A DNA stretch of 64,000 bases from Macrostomum lignano (Eukaryota): contig NIVC01002911.1 in NCBI GenBank assembly GCA_002269645.1, positions 1 to 64,000 on the forward strand, written 5' to 3'. Numbering within the stretch: the first letter of the stretch is position 1; each line of letters begins with the position of its first letter. This document shows positions 47,853 to 58,611 of this stretch, one piece after another. Below the pieces are notes generated by a model. The model searched no databases, was not told where the DNA came from, and saw only the letters and a program-made list of their open reading frames with translations. The position numbers and the translations under genes are program-made.

Positions 47853-48844
47853 CACCAAAATAGATGACACCGAAATGCCTGTCACCGAAGTAACCAGTTA
47901 CCAAATGATCACAGATCACTTATTACATAAATTACCAAATGGATTAAAAATGGAATAGAAAAAGCATTAGCAGGGGCCTAGGCTTACTGCTTAGGGTCAG
48001 GCCTAGGGCATAGGGCCTACAAAAAATAACTTTTAAGTCTGTCTGAACTGGAGTCAGAACAGAAGTTAGAAGACTGACCTCAGACATACATCTGAATAGG
48101 CCTATCTAAGTCTATATAGAATTGTCTTAGGCCTAGACTTAGGTTTGGATTGGTTGGTTGGTTTGTCTTACAAAAATATTTTTCTGGCGTCTGCGATTAA
48201 ATTTGCATAGGCTAGGCTCTTAAGTTTAAGTAGGATTGATAAGTGATTGTGGCTTCTAAAAACGCAAGAAAAATATGCAACGCTCGTTCTCATGTAAACA
48301 TAGGGCATACTTATTGTTTTTGTATTGTATATGATGATGAATTGATAGACTTGTAACGACGAGCGAGTGTACGCGTGTGTGTGTGTAACGAGTTAACGGT
48401 GACCATAGAGAAACAAAAAACGACTTAAACTTACTGAAAATTAACAAAATTTTTATTGTATAATAACTTATATACTTCTTACTATGATTAGACACTAACT
48501 TCGTTTGATTACACTTGAGCTGATTCATTACTTTCCAAGAAATTACAGTTGATTTACTAATTTCGAATAATTTTATTCGAGTTGTGTGTAGCTATAATTT
48601 TGTAGGCTTATAAATTGCTATCTTGCATGTAAAAATTGATATTTTAAGCAAAGTCGGCCTAGGCATTACAGTTATTGTTTGTTTTCTTTAGCTCAGTGGC
48701 TAGATTTAAATTTTACTTAGCATAAATTAGGCCCGGCTTAGTTAGAGGTTAGAGCGAGTCCTAGGCCTAGCACAAAGGCAAAGCATTTTATTTTTTACAA
48801 CAGTCAAAATATTTAGATTGATTAGGCAGGCCTAAAAGTTAGGT

Positions 48845-48946
48845 ATGCCTATCGAGTCGCAAAGCAGTCATACAACTGCAGAATCCGAACCGCCTTTGAT
48901 TCGGAAACTTAAAAAAGTTTTAGACACTCGCCTTGAAAATGATCTT
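48845..48946 (+). CDS. COG6: COG6 exon 1; full CDS 2112 nt, 703 aa over nine exons
   Basis: MPIES...PLIRKLKKVLDTRLEND matches human PLSRKLHKILETRLDND. Donor GTAAGT. Confidence 0.88.
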
Positions 48947-49419
48947 GTAAGTGATATAGGCCTATTCGTGGTCAAGTGGTGTTAACTGTTGTGTTGTTCA
49001 TGTAGACCATAGTTCGGAAGGCGACATGTATGTCGGGATTTCCTGGCATACAACAAGGATCTTACCATTTTTAGTGTGTATATGAGGTTATTTCCCAGCA
49101 TACATGACAGCAGATATACTGTGTCAAATGATAGTTTCTGTATTGGTGCACAAACCTGGCATACAACTGAGCTGAGGTCTCATCATTTTTTGGCATTTTT
49201 GGAGTTATGGAATACAGGCCATGCCACCATAGGCCCTAGTCAAAAAGTTGGCACAGTTATAGTGATTTTGAATTGAAGTAATTTTAATTTTGAATTTTTA
49301 AAACTATTCATCAAAAATCATTTTTGAAATGTTGATTATGTTTTAACAATTACCCATTCATGACCATGTTACACAAGAATGCACACTGAATTATTGTCTA
49401 TTTGACCTATATAAAACAG

Positions 49420-49563
49420 GAACTGGTAGAAAGCCTCAAAGCTGTATCAGAATTTTTCACCGAGAACAACATTCGTTCTAGACGAAGTCTTCGATCAGAT
49501 ATGGAAAGTCGTTATGTTGTCATCTATGAAGAATTTCTGCACTCATTTAAATCTGTCAAGGAT
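49420..49563 (+). CDS. COG6: COG6 exon 2
   Basis: AAACAG|GAA; ELVESLKAVSEFFTENNIRSRRSLRSDME; donor GTAAGG. Confidence 0.9.
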
Positions 49564-50038
49564 GTAAGGCATTGACTGATTTATTGGTATTTATGCAGAC
49601 TTTAGAGAAGCTTTTAGACTCTGGTGTAGTAATGGCCCATGGGTTAAAATCATAGACCTCACCTGACCCTGGGATTTGACTCATTGACCTACTTACCTGA
49701 CCCTGAGATTTGACTCATTGACCTACTTACCTGACCCTGGGATTTGACTCATTGACCTACTTACCTGACCCAGAGATTTGACTCACTGACCTACTTACCT
49801 GACCCTGGGATTTGACTCATTCACCTACTTACCTGACCCAGAGATTGATTCATTGACCTACTTACCTGACCCTTGGATTTGACTCATTGCCCTACTTACC
49901 TGACCCAGAGATTTGACTGATTGAACTACTTACCCGACCCTGGGATTTGACTGATTGACCTACTTACTTACCTGACCCTTGGATTTGACTTATTAACCTA
50001 CTTACCTGACTCTGGGATTTGACTCGTTGACCTACTTA

Positions 50039-51331
50039 CGAGGGGCACTATTAAAGTTCTGAGCCTTAATATGAAAGAGAGGAGATATGGGCAAAGTGAG
50101 ATCAGCTTTTCTCAACATAGTCTCCCCCAACCAAGATGCACTTATGGCATCTTGATCGCAGCGCCTCAATGCCACTCTGGAAGAATTGCACCGAGCAGCC
50201 CTCAAACCAAGCAGTTGCAGCATCCTTCAGCGCATCATCAGTGTCAAATCGCTGTCCACGGAGCGCCCGCTTGAGATGTGGAAACAGGTGGAAGTCGCTC
50301 GGGGCCAGGTCTGGTGAATAGGCTGGGTGCGGCAGCTCTCGAAACCCTGCGACACTGACAGCAGCCTTGGCAATCCTGCTAGTGTGGGCCGGTGCATTGT
50401 CGTGCAGCAGCACAACACCTCGGCTCAGCATCCCTCGCCTATTTTCCTTGATTGCTTCGCGCAGACGGGCGATCAGGTCAGCGTAGTAGGCGCCTGTGAC
50501 TGTCTGCTTGTGCGGTAGAAAGTCCAGCAGCAGCGGGCCCTTGGCATCCCAGAAGACGGTGAGCATAATCTTGCCCGCACTGCATGCAGTCCGTGCCTTC
50601 AGTGGTGCAGGTGAACCAACTGGCAGCCACTGCTTGGACTCCTGCTTGGACTCGGGATCGTGGTGATGGATCCACGTCTCATCCCCGGTCACGCAGCAGG
50701 ACAGAAAGTTGGCAGGGTCCGGATCGTAGGAGTCCAGGACAAGCTTTGAGTACTGCACCCGTGCGGTCTTTTGGTCCCTTGTCAAGATTCGTGGGATCCA
50801 TCTGGCAGAAACCTTGGACAGATGAAGATGCTGGTGCAGGATCTCAATGACTTGCGGGTCAGAGAGTCCAGTGTCTGCCGCAAGTTCCCTGACTTTCACC
50901 CGCTGGTCACTGTCAACCAGAGCCTGGATGCGCTGGATGTTGTCGGCAGTGACAGCAGTCCGGGGTCGTCCACATCGGGGGTCATCTTCGAGCGAGTCGC
51001 GGCCACGCTTGAACTCGGCTGCCCAGCGCTTTATGGTGGCGTATGAGGGGGCAGCGTCAGCGTACACACTAGCCATGCGGCTTTGAATTTCAGCAGGCTT
51101 TGAGCCCTCCAGAGTCAGAAATTTAATCACTGCCCTGTGCTCAAGCTTCAATTCTTGAGAAAATGCCATGGGGTGCTGGAAATAAAATGGTGCAGTGGGA
51201 CTTAGGGAATGCAGAAAATTCTGAAAAGTTGACAATAGACTATTAACATGTGGCGCTTTTAGAGCCTAAAGTTTCAACACTTTGCCACTATAAGATCTTG
51301 GTCAGGCTCAGAACTTTAATAGTGCCCCTCG
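50039..51331 (-). mobile_element. Tc1/mariner DNA transposon (D,D34D), full length, 1293 bp, intact
   Basis: Perfect 28-bp TIRs CGAGGGGCACTATTAAAGTTCTGAGCCT (50039-50066, 51304-51331), with TA at 50037-50038 and 51332-51333. Confidence 0.97.
50102..51169 (-). CDS. Mariner transposase, 355 aa, uninterrupted
   Basis: MAFSQELKLEHRAVIKFL...WIPRIL...VTGDETW...LLHDNAPAH...HPAYSPDLAPSD...GGDYVEKS. Confidence 0.95.
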   Translation of the reverse strand: MAFSQELKLEHRAVIKFLTLEGSKPAEIQSRMASVYADAAPSYATIKRWAAEFKRGRDSLEDDPRCGRPRTAVTADNIQRIQALVDSDQRVKVRELAADTGLSDPQVIEILHQHLHLSKVSARWIPRILTRDQKTARVQYSKLVLDSYDPDPANFLSCCVTGDETWIHHHDPESKQESKQWLPVGSPAPLKARTACSAGKIMLTVFWDAKGPLLLDFLPHKQTVTGAYYADLIARLREAIKENRRGMLSRGVVLLHDNAPAHTSRIAKAAVSVAGFRELPHPAYSPDLAPSDFHLFPHLKRALRGQRFDTDDALKDAATAWFEGCSVQFFQSGIEALRSRCHKCILVGGDYVEKS

Positions 51332-52336
51332 TACTTGACCCTAGGATTCGACTCGCTTACCTACCTTCCTGACCCTTGGATTTGACTCATTGACCTACTT
51401 ACCTGACCCTGAAATTTGACTCATTGACCTACTTACCTGACCCTGAAATTTGACTCATTGACCTACTTACCTGACCCTGGGATTTGACTCATTGACCTAC
51501 TTACCTGACCCTGGGATTTGACTCATTGACCTACTTACCTGACCCGGAGATTTGACTCATTGACCTACTTACCTGACCCTGGGATTTGACTCATTGACCT
51601 ACTTACCTGACCCTGGGATTTGACTCATTGACCTACTTACCTGACCCGGAGATTTGACTCATTGACCTACTTACCTGACACTGGGATTTGACTCATTGAC
51701 CTACTTACCTGACCCAGAGATTTGACTCATTGACCTACTTACCCGACCCTGGGATTTGACTCATTGACCTACTTACTTACCTGACCCTTGGATTTGACTG
51801 ATTGACCTACTTACTTACCTGACCCTTGGATTTGACTCATTAACCTACTTACCTGACTCTGGGATTTGACTCATTGACCTACTTACTTACCTGACCCTTG
51901 GATTTGACTGATTGACCTACTTACTTACCTGACCCTTGGATTTGACTCATTAACCTACTTACCTGACTCTGGGATTTGACTCGTTGACCTACTTACTTGA
52001 CCCTAGGATTCGACTCGTTTACCTACCTTCCTGACCCTTGGATTTGACTCATTGACCTACTTACCTGACCCTGAAATTTGACTCATTGACCTACTTACCT
52101 GACCCTGGGATTTGACTCATTGACCTACTTACCTGACACTGGGATTTGACTCATTGCCTTACTTATCCAGACTAGGTTGGACTCTGAGCTTCGAACTCAG
52201 AAATTTGACCTCTTGACCTACTAACTCTATATATCCTGCTTGTTGACCCACTAACTCAAGGGTTAGAATTATTGACCCATTGGGATTTCATGGGATTGGC
52301 GCGTGAAATTCACACAACCAAACCCAATGTGCTCAG

Positions 52337-52537
52337 GACCTGGAGGAGCTGTACGATGCAGTGTCGGCAATGAACTCCAGCTGCAAAGACATGAGCGTCC
52401 GCCTTCAAGAAGCGAAATCTCAAACTGAGCACCTGCTAAGAGAAACGAGTCGAATTCAACGAGAAAGCGAAGAATATGAGATTAGATCAAGAGTAGCCGA
52501 AGTTGTATTAGAATTGTTTCAGCTCACTCCGGAACAG
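52337..52537 (+). CDS. COG6: COG6 exon 3
   Basis: CTCAG|GAC; AMNSSCKDMSVRLQEAKSQT matches human AMSNCCQDMTSRLQAAKEQT; donor GTAATT. Confidence 0.92.
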
Positions 52538-52625
52538 GTAATTTTTTACGCGTTTTTATTTTAGACTACTGTTAGTAGGTTAAAAGCGGTTCTCCTTTAT
52601 TTTATTGATTGAAAAAATCATTTAG

Positions 52626-52883
52626 GAGCAGCAACTGACGGACAAGGCGTCTCCTGTAACTGAAGATTTCTTCAAAGCTTTAGAACGCTCCAAACAGATT
52701 CACTCAGATTGCAAACTGCTACTCATGGCGCAGAATCAGAGAGCCGGGTTAGAAGTGATGGAGCAGATGTCTGTATTGATGGAGTGCGGCTGCGAAAAGC
52801 TCTATCGTTGGATACAGAACGAATGCCGAATGCAGGCGGGCGAAAGCGCCGAGGTCACCGCTCTGATGACTCAAGCCTTTCAG
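52626..52883 (+). CDS. COG6: COG6 exon 4
   Basis: TTTAG|GAG; PVTEDFFKALER.KQIH.DCK.LL...QRAGLEVMEQM...EKLYRWIQNEC; donor GTATTA. Confidence 0.93.
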
Positions 52884-52884
52884 G

Positions 52885-53185
52885 TATTAGAGGATTAAAG
52901 TGGAAGGGATTAGAGAGGGAGAGGATTAAAGTGGAAGGGGATTAGAGCGGGAGAGGATTAAAGTGGAAGGGATTAGAAAGGGAGAGGATTAAAGTGGAAG
53001 GGGATTAGAGGAGAGGATTAAATATGAAGGGGGATTAGAGGAGACGATTAAATATGAAGGAGGATTAGACACGGAGAGGATTAAAGAGGAAGGGGATTCA
53101 GAGAAGTAAAGGATTAAAGAGGAAGGGGATTAAAGAGGGAGGGGATTAAACTTGAGGGGAATTAGAGGAGGAGAGGATTAGAGAG
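52885..53185. repeat. Purine-rich ~26-bp degenerate repeat, COG6 intron 4
   Basis: Recurrent GAGAGGATTAAAGTGGAAGGGGATTA, starting at the donor. Confidence 0.85.
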
Positions 53186-53330
53186 ATGGGGTGAGGTGAC
53201 ATCAGGGAGATTAAAGATCATTAGTTGGGGAGACAGTTTCTATAATACAAGCTATATGGTGTAAAATAGAAGCCGAATGCCAGTAAAAATCCCCATATTA
53301 ACTACCACGGCCCGATTATTTACCTATCAG

Positions 53331-53680
53331 GTACTGCAAGATCGCCCAGTGCTATTCAAATACGCCCTGGACGAGTACGCCAATGCCAGGCGGGCCGCTC
53401 TCGTCAAAGCTTTCATTGAGGCGCTCACGCGTGGTGGCAGCGGCGGCGGGGGACCCCGACCGATGGAGCTGCATTCGCACGATCCGCAGCGCTACGTTGG
53501 CGACATGCTGGCCTGGCTGCATCAGGCCACGGCCTCGGAGACTGAGAGTCTGGACTCGCTGCTCAAACTGTGCGATGACGATGCCGAGGCTGATGGGAAC
53601 GAGGCTGCCGTTGCTATTGGAAACGAGGCTAAGGAGGAGGACGGCGAAGCAGAGGCTGGAGCTGCTAATGGCACTGACAA
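53331..53680 (+). CDS. COG6: COG6 exon 5
   Basis: ATCAG|GTA; [15 protein letters not shown]...[29 protein letters not shown]; donor AA|GTGAGC. Confidence 0.95.
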
Positions 53681-53694
53681 GTGAGCTTTGTGTG

Positions 53695-54785
53695 GAGAGC
53701 AGACAGACACACAGACAGGCAGGCAGATACTAAGGCAGACAGACACACAGACAGGCAGGCAGATACTAAGGCAGACAGACACACAGACAGGCAGGCAGAT
53801 ACTAAGGCAGACAGACACACAGACAGGCAGGCAGATACTAAGGCAGACAGACACACAGACAGGCAGGCAGATACTAAGGCAGACAGACACACAGACAGGC
53901 AGGCAGATACTAAGGCAGACAGACACACAGACAGGCAGGCAGATACTAAGGCAGACAGACACACAGACAGGCAGGCAGATACTAAGGCAGACAGACACAC
54001 AGACAGGCAGGCAGATACTAAGGCAGACAGACACACAGACAGGCAGGCAGATACTAAGGCAGACAGACACACAGACAGGCAGGCAGATACTAAGGCAGAC
54101 AGACACACAGACAGGCAGGCAGATACTAAGGCAGACAGACACACAGACAGGCAGGCAGATACTAAGGCAGACAGACACACAGACAGGCAGGCAGATACTA
54201 AGGCAGACAGACACACAGACAGGCAGGCAGATACTAAGGCAGACAGACACACAGACAGGCAGGCAGATACTAAGGCAGACAGACACACAGACAGGCAGGC
54301 AGATACTAAGGCAGACAGACACACAGACAGGCAGGCAGATACTAAGGCAGACAGACACACAGACAGGCAGGCAGATACTAAGGCAGACAGACACACAGAC
54401 AGGCAGGCAGATACTAAGGCAGACAGACACACAGACAGGCAGGCAGACAGGCAGACAGACACACAGACAGGCAGGCAGATACTAAGGCAGACACACAGAC
54501 AGGCAGACAGGCAGGCAGACACACAGACAGGCAGACAGGCAGGCAGACACAGACAGACAGAAGCTAAGGCACAGTACACTTAGACAGCCAGGCAGACAGA
54601 CACACAGACAGGCAGGCAGATACTAAGGCAGACAGACACACAGACAGGCAGACAGACAGACAGACAAACAGAGACACAGGCAGATGACAGACAGACAGAC
54701 ACACAGGCAGACACAGACACACAGAAGCTAAGGCACAGTACACTTAAACAGCCAGGCAGACAGACAGACAGGAGACTGATAGACA
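53695..54785. repeat. Minisatellite, 36-bp near-perfect unit (~21 copies) grading into CAGA/CAGG repeats, COG6 intron 5
   Basis: Unit CAGACAGACACACAGACAGGCAGGCAGATACTAAGG. Confidence 0.96.
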
Positions 54786-54836
54786 AACAAAGAATTTAGC
54801 AATTAGCAATTATGCATCAACGCCCACCAACCGCAG

Positions 54837-54945
54837 CTCAACCGATATCGCCAGTAGTCGTTCAAGTCGGCGTCAGTTGCGAGCCGCCTGCCTCTGCAGT
54901 CTGAGCGAAGGCGTCTGTCGGCCGTTACGACTGCGCGTTGAACAA
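54837..54945 (+). CDS. COG6: COG6 exon 6
   Basis: CGCAG|C; SEGVCRPLRLRVEQ matches human TEGVCRPLKVRIEQ; donor GTGAGC. Confidence 0.9.
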
Positions 54946-55049
54946 GTGAGCGTATGCAAGGGACATACTTGTATATAATATTCTCTTAGTTCTTTTACCC
55001 ATTTGTCAATAATATCTGCGCCTATCCACCATCCCGCACACCTGCCCAG

Positions 55050-55361
55050 GCTCTAGTTGGAGTCCAGGACGCAAGCGTGCTCTACCGGCTACACAATTTG
55101 CTGAGATTTCATCAGGGCACACTAGACCGAGTGCTTGGCTCCGACAGCTCTCTGGCTACTACAGTTGGCGATCTGGGCCAACTATGCTGGCGCCTATTCT
55201 TTGGCGCGCTAACCAATGGCGCTCAACGGGCGCTAGAAACAGTGGAACCATTGGCTGCTTATGCTAGCGGAACTGCGGCTGGAGCTGGCGCCGGTATCGA
55301 CGACTGGGACAGGCTGCGCGCTCCGCCGGCCGTGGCCGAGACCCTGCGACTGCTGCAGCAG
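55050..55361 (+). CDS. COG6: COG6 exon 7
   Basis: CCCAG|GCT; VLYRLHNLLRFHQGT...LRAPPAVAETLRLLQQ; donor GTTGGC. Confidence 0.88.
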
Positions 55362-55384
55362 GTTGGCATATATTTTGATGAGGG

Positions 55385-56060
55385 ACTGGATATTGTTGGA
55401 GGGATGGGATCCTTTTAGGAGGGATGGGATCCTTTTAAGAGGGATGGGATATTTTTAGGAGGGATGGGATCTTTTTAGGAGGGATGGGATCCTTTTAGGA
55501 GGGATGGGATCCTTTTATGAGGGATGGGATCCTTTTAGGAGGGATGGAATCCTTTTAAGAGGGATGGGATCTTTTTAGGAGGGATGGGATCTTTTTAGGA
55601 GGGATGGGATCTCTTTAGGAGGGATGGGATCCTTTTAAGAGGGATGGGATCTTTTTAGGAGGGATAAGATCTTTTTAACAGAGATTGCATCTTCTTAGGA
55701 AAGATGGATCGTCTAAGGAGAGATAGGATCTTCTTAAGGGAGATGGGATCTTCTTAGGAGATATGGGAGCTTTTAGGATATTGTTGGGGAGAAATGGGAT
55801 ATTGTTGGGGAGAGATGGGATATTGTTGGGGAGAAATGGGATATTGTTAGGGAGAGATGGGATATTGTTGGGGAGAGAGAGATGGGATATTGTTGGGGAG
55901 AAATAGTCATTTTAGCGAGATGGGGTTTTGTGGAGAGATAGGATCTTTTAGGAAAAATGGGATCTTTTTTGGATATAAGGGATCTTTCTAGGAGAGATGG
56001 ATCTCTTTAGGAATTGGGATCTCTAGGAGAAATAAGATCTTTTTATGAGAGATTCTTCTG
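55385..56060. repeat. 20-bp G-rich minisatellite decaying rightwards, COG6 intron 7
   Basis: Unit GGAGGGATGGGATC(C/T)TTTTA. Confidence 0.9.
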
Positions 56061-56153
56061 AATAGATAAGATCATTAAAGAAGGTACAGGTATCTAAATG
56101 AAAAGATAGAATGAGCCAAGATAACTGATTTCACCCCTCCTGTACTCATCAAG

Positions 56154-56468
56154 GTTCTGACAGCCCAGGACTCCGGCATGGCGCCTCTGTCGCAGCGTCG
56201 TGACGATCTCCGTCAAGTACTGGACACCTGCATCGACCCGTTGCTGAAGCTGTGCACAGTGACAGCCACCCGTCTGAGCCCGTTGGAGCTGGCCATCTTC
56301 ATGGCAAACTCCCTGCACAGCCTGCAGACTGGCTTAGCCGCCTACGAATTCACTGAGACTCATATTGAACGCCTGCAGGCTCAGCTGGAGCCTCAGCTGG
56401 ACGCTCTGGTTGCTGAGCAGTTGTCTCATATTTTGGTTAGCCTGCGCATGCTGGAACTTTATCAGACT
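56154..56468 (+). CDS. COG6: COG6 exon 8
   Basis: TCAAG|GTT; VLDTCIDPLLKLC..A..L...AIFMANSLH...LAAYEFT; donor ACT|GTGAGT. Confidence 0.9.
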
Positions 56469-56529
56469 GTGAGTTTGGCTTTCAGGAAGCTTTGGGGAAG
56501 AGCGGAGAGTAGGTTCAAGAATATTGCAA

Positions 56530-56900
56530 GGCAGATTCAAGGATCAGAGAGGCAGATTCAAGGATCAGAGAGGCAGATTCAAGGATCAGAGAGGCAGATT
56601 CAAGGATCAGAGAGGCAGATTCAAGGATCAGAGAGGCAGATTCAAGGATCAGAGAGCCAGATTCAAGGATCAGAGAGCCAGATTCAAGGATCAGAGAGGC
56701 AGATTCAAGGATCAGAGAGCCAGATTCAAGGATCAGAGAGGTAGATTCAAGGATCAGAGAGGCAGATTCAAGGATCAGAGGCAGATTCAAGGATCAGAGA
56801 GGCAGATTCAAGGATCAGAGAGGCAGATTCAGAGATCCGAGAGGCAGATTCAAGGATCAGAGAGGCAAATTCAAGGACACTAAAAGCAGATTCAGATTCA
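56530..56900. repeat. Minisatellite, 21-bp unit, ~16 copies, COG6 intron 8
   Basis: Unit GGCAGATTCAAGGATCAGAGA. Confidence 0.95.
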
Positions 56901-56951
56901 GTGCTCAAGCCAGCATACCTGTGAGCAATAATAACACTACAACACCCACAG

Positions 56952-57272
56952 GTGGAGCAGCACCAGCAGCAGCAGCCGCAGCAGCCCCTATCCTACCTGG
57001 AAGCGCCCTGTCTCAGCCTGTCGGCAGTGAAAGCAGCCGCTGCCCGATTCAATTCCTATTTGGCGAATCCCGACAGTCTGGCGCTGCCTCAGCTGCAGGC
57101 GCTGCAGAGCTCCAAGCTCAGGCAGCTGGTTACTAGGCGAGTAGCGGACCAAATCCATTCGGTTTACACTGCTATATACGACGCCATTGTTAAACCCGAG
57201 AATCTGTTTGGCAAAGAGTTTGCCACCGTGCTAGTGCGGAATCCCGATCAGGTGGCCAAGCTGATTCTGTGA
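56952..57272 (+). CDS. COG6: COG6 exon 9 (last)
   Basis: CACAG|GTG; FNSYLANPDSLALPQL..L.S.KLR...IY.AI..PEN...RNPDQV.KLIL* matches the COG6 C-terminus. Confidence 0.92.
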   Translation: MEQHQQQQPQQPLSYLEAPCLSLSAVKAAAARFNSYLANPDSLALPQLQALQSSKLRQLVTRRVADQIHSVYTAIYDAIVKPENLFGKEFATVLVRNPDQVAKLIL

Positions 57273-57399
57273 CGCTCGTGTGTTCAGAATTGGTTTTTTG
57301 CTGCTTTTGGAGTCTTTTTATTTGTTTTGTTTGATATTAAAACTGACTTGACCAGTTTGTTTTTCTTCCCTTCTTCCTTCCGCTTCCCCTGCTGCCTCC

Positions 57400-58165
57400 C
57401 AGTCTCCTCTTCTCCCTCTGCCCCCTTCCCTCCCTCTGCCCCCTTCCCTCCCTTTCTCCCCTTCTCCCTCTGCCCCCTTCCCTCCCTCTCTCCCCTTCTC
57501 CCTCTGCCCCCTTCCCTCCCTCTCTCCCTTCTCCCTCTCTCCCTTCTCCCTCTCTCCCCTTCGCCCTCCCTCCCCTTCTCCCTCCCTCCCCTTCTCCCTC
57601 TCTCCCCTTCTCCCTCTCTCCCCTTCTCCCTCTCTCCCCTTCTCACTCTCCCCTCTCCCCCCTTCTCCCTCTCTCCCCTTCTCCCTCTCCCCCCTTCTCC
57701 CTCTCTCCCTTCTCCCTCTCTCCCCTTCTCCCTCTCTCCCCTTCTCCCTCTCCCTCTCCCCCTTCTCCCTCTCTCCCTTCTCCCTCTCTCCCCTTCTCCC
57801 TCTCTCCCTTCTCCCTCTCTCCCCTTCTCCCTCTCTCCCCTTCTCCCTCTCTCCTCATCTCCCTCTCTCCCCTTCTCCCTCATTCCCTCTTCTCCCTCTC
57901 TCCCCTTCTCCCTCTCTCCCCTTCTCCCTCTCTCCCCTTCTCCCTCTCTCCCCTTCTCCCTCTCTCCCCTTCTCCCTCTCTCCCCTTCTCGCTCTCTCCC
58001 CTTCTCCCTCTCTCCCTTCTCCCTCTCTCCCCTTCTCCCTCTCTCCTCATCTCCCTCTCTCCCCTTCTCCCTCTCTTCTCATCTCCCTCTCTCCCCTTCT
58101 CCCTCTCTCCCCTTCTCCCTCTCTCCTCATCTCCCTCTCTCCCCTTCTCCCTCATTCTGCCCTCT
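57400..58165. repeat. Polypyrimidine/polypurine low-complexity tract (CTCCCCTTCTCCCTCT-like)
   Basis: About 770 bp almost exclusively C/T on the plus strand. Confidence 0.95.
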
Positions 58166-58611
58166 TTATCTCTATTTACTTACTTACTTGGTTAAATTCA
58201 TATAGTTAATAGTGATAATAATAATATTGTCCTATAGTTATAATAAAATTTCCAACCGCATTCAAGGTTTTATACTGCTTGTTTTGTTTGTTATTCTGGC
58301 TAATCGGTCTACAGATTGACTATAATTTACTTGGGATCGGCTCGTCCTATATGGTGTTTGTTAGTTTTGTAAAATAATTGTACTATCAGTCATAAAATTT
58401 GCTAATATTGCAAGCTGTCAATGAGTACCGTGATTTCTGTCTGACTGTTTAATCTGTTAAAGTTCTCTGCTCAGCACAAGTGCCACTTGACACATTTTTT
58501 CAAATAAATGTTCTTGAAGTCTTTTGAACCTGTCTTTTGTTTTGAACCCTAATTTCCATTTTTTGAAGATAAATAGCTAAGTTTTTTGGCAGACACCCTC
58601 CTAGTTCCTCA

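Larger units (their letters stand above)
49655..52165. repeat. Minisatellite, 34-bp unit (~35 units), COG6 intron 2, split by a mariner
   Basis: Unit TGACCTACTTACCTGACCCTGGGATTTGACTCAT at 49655-50038 and 51332-52165. Confidence 0.95.
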
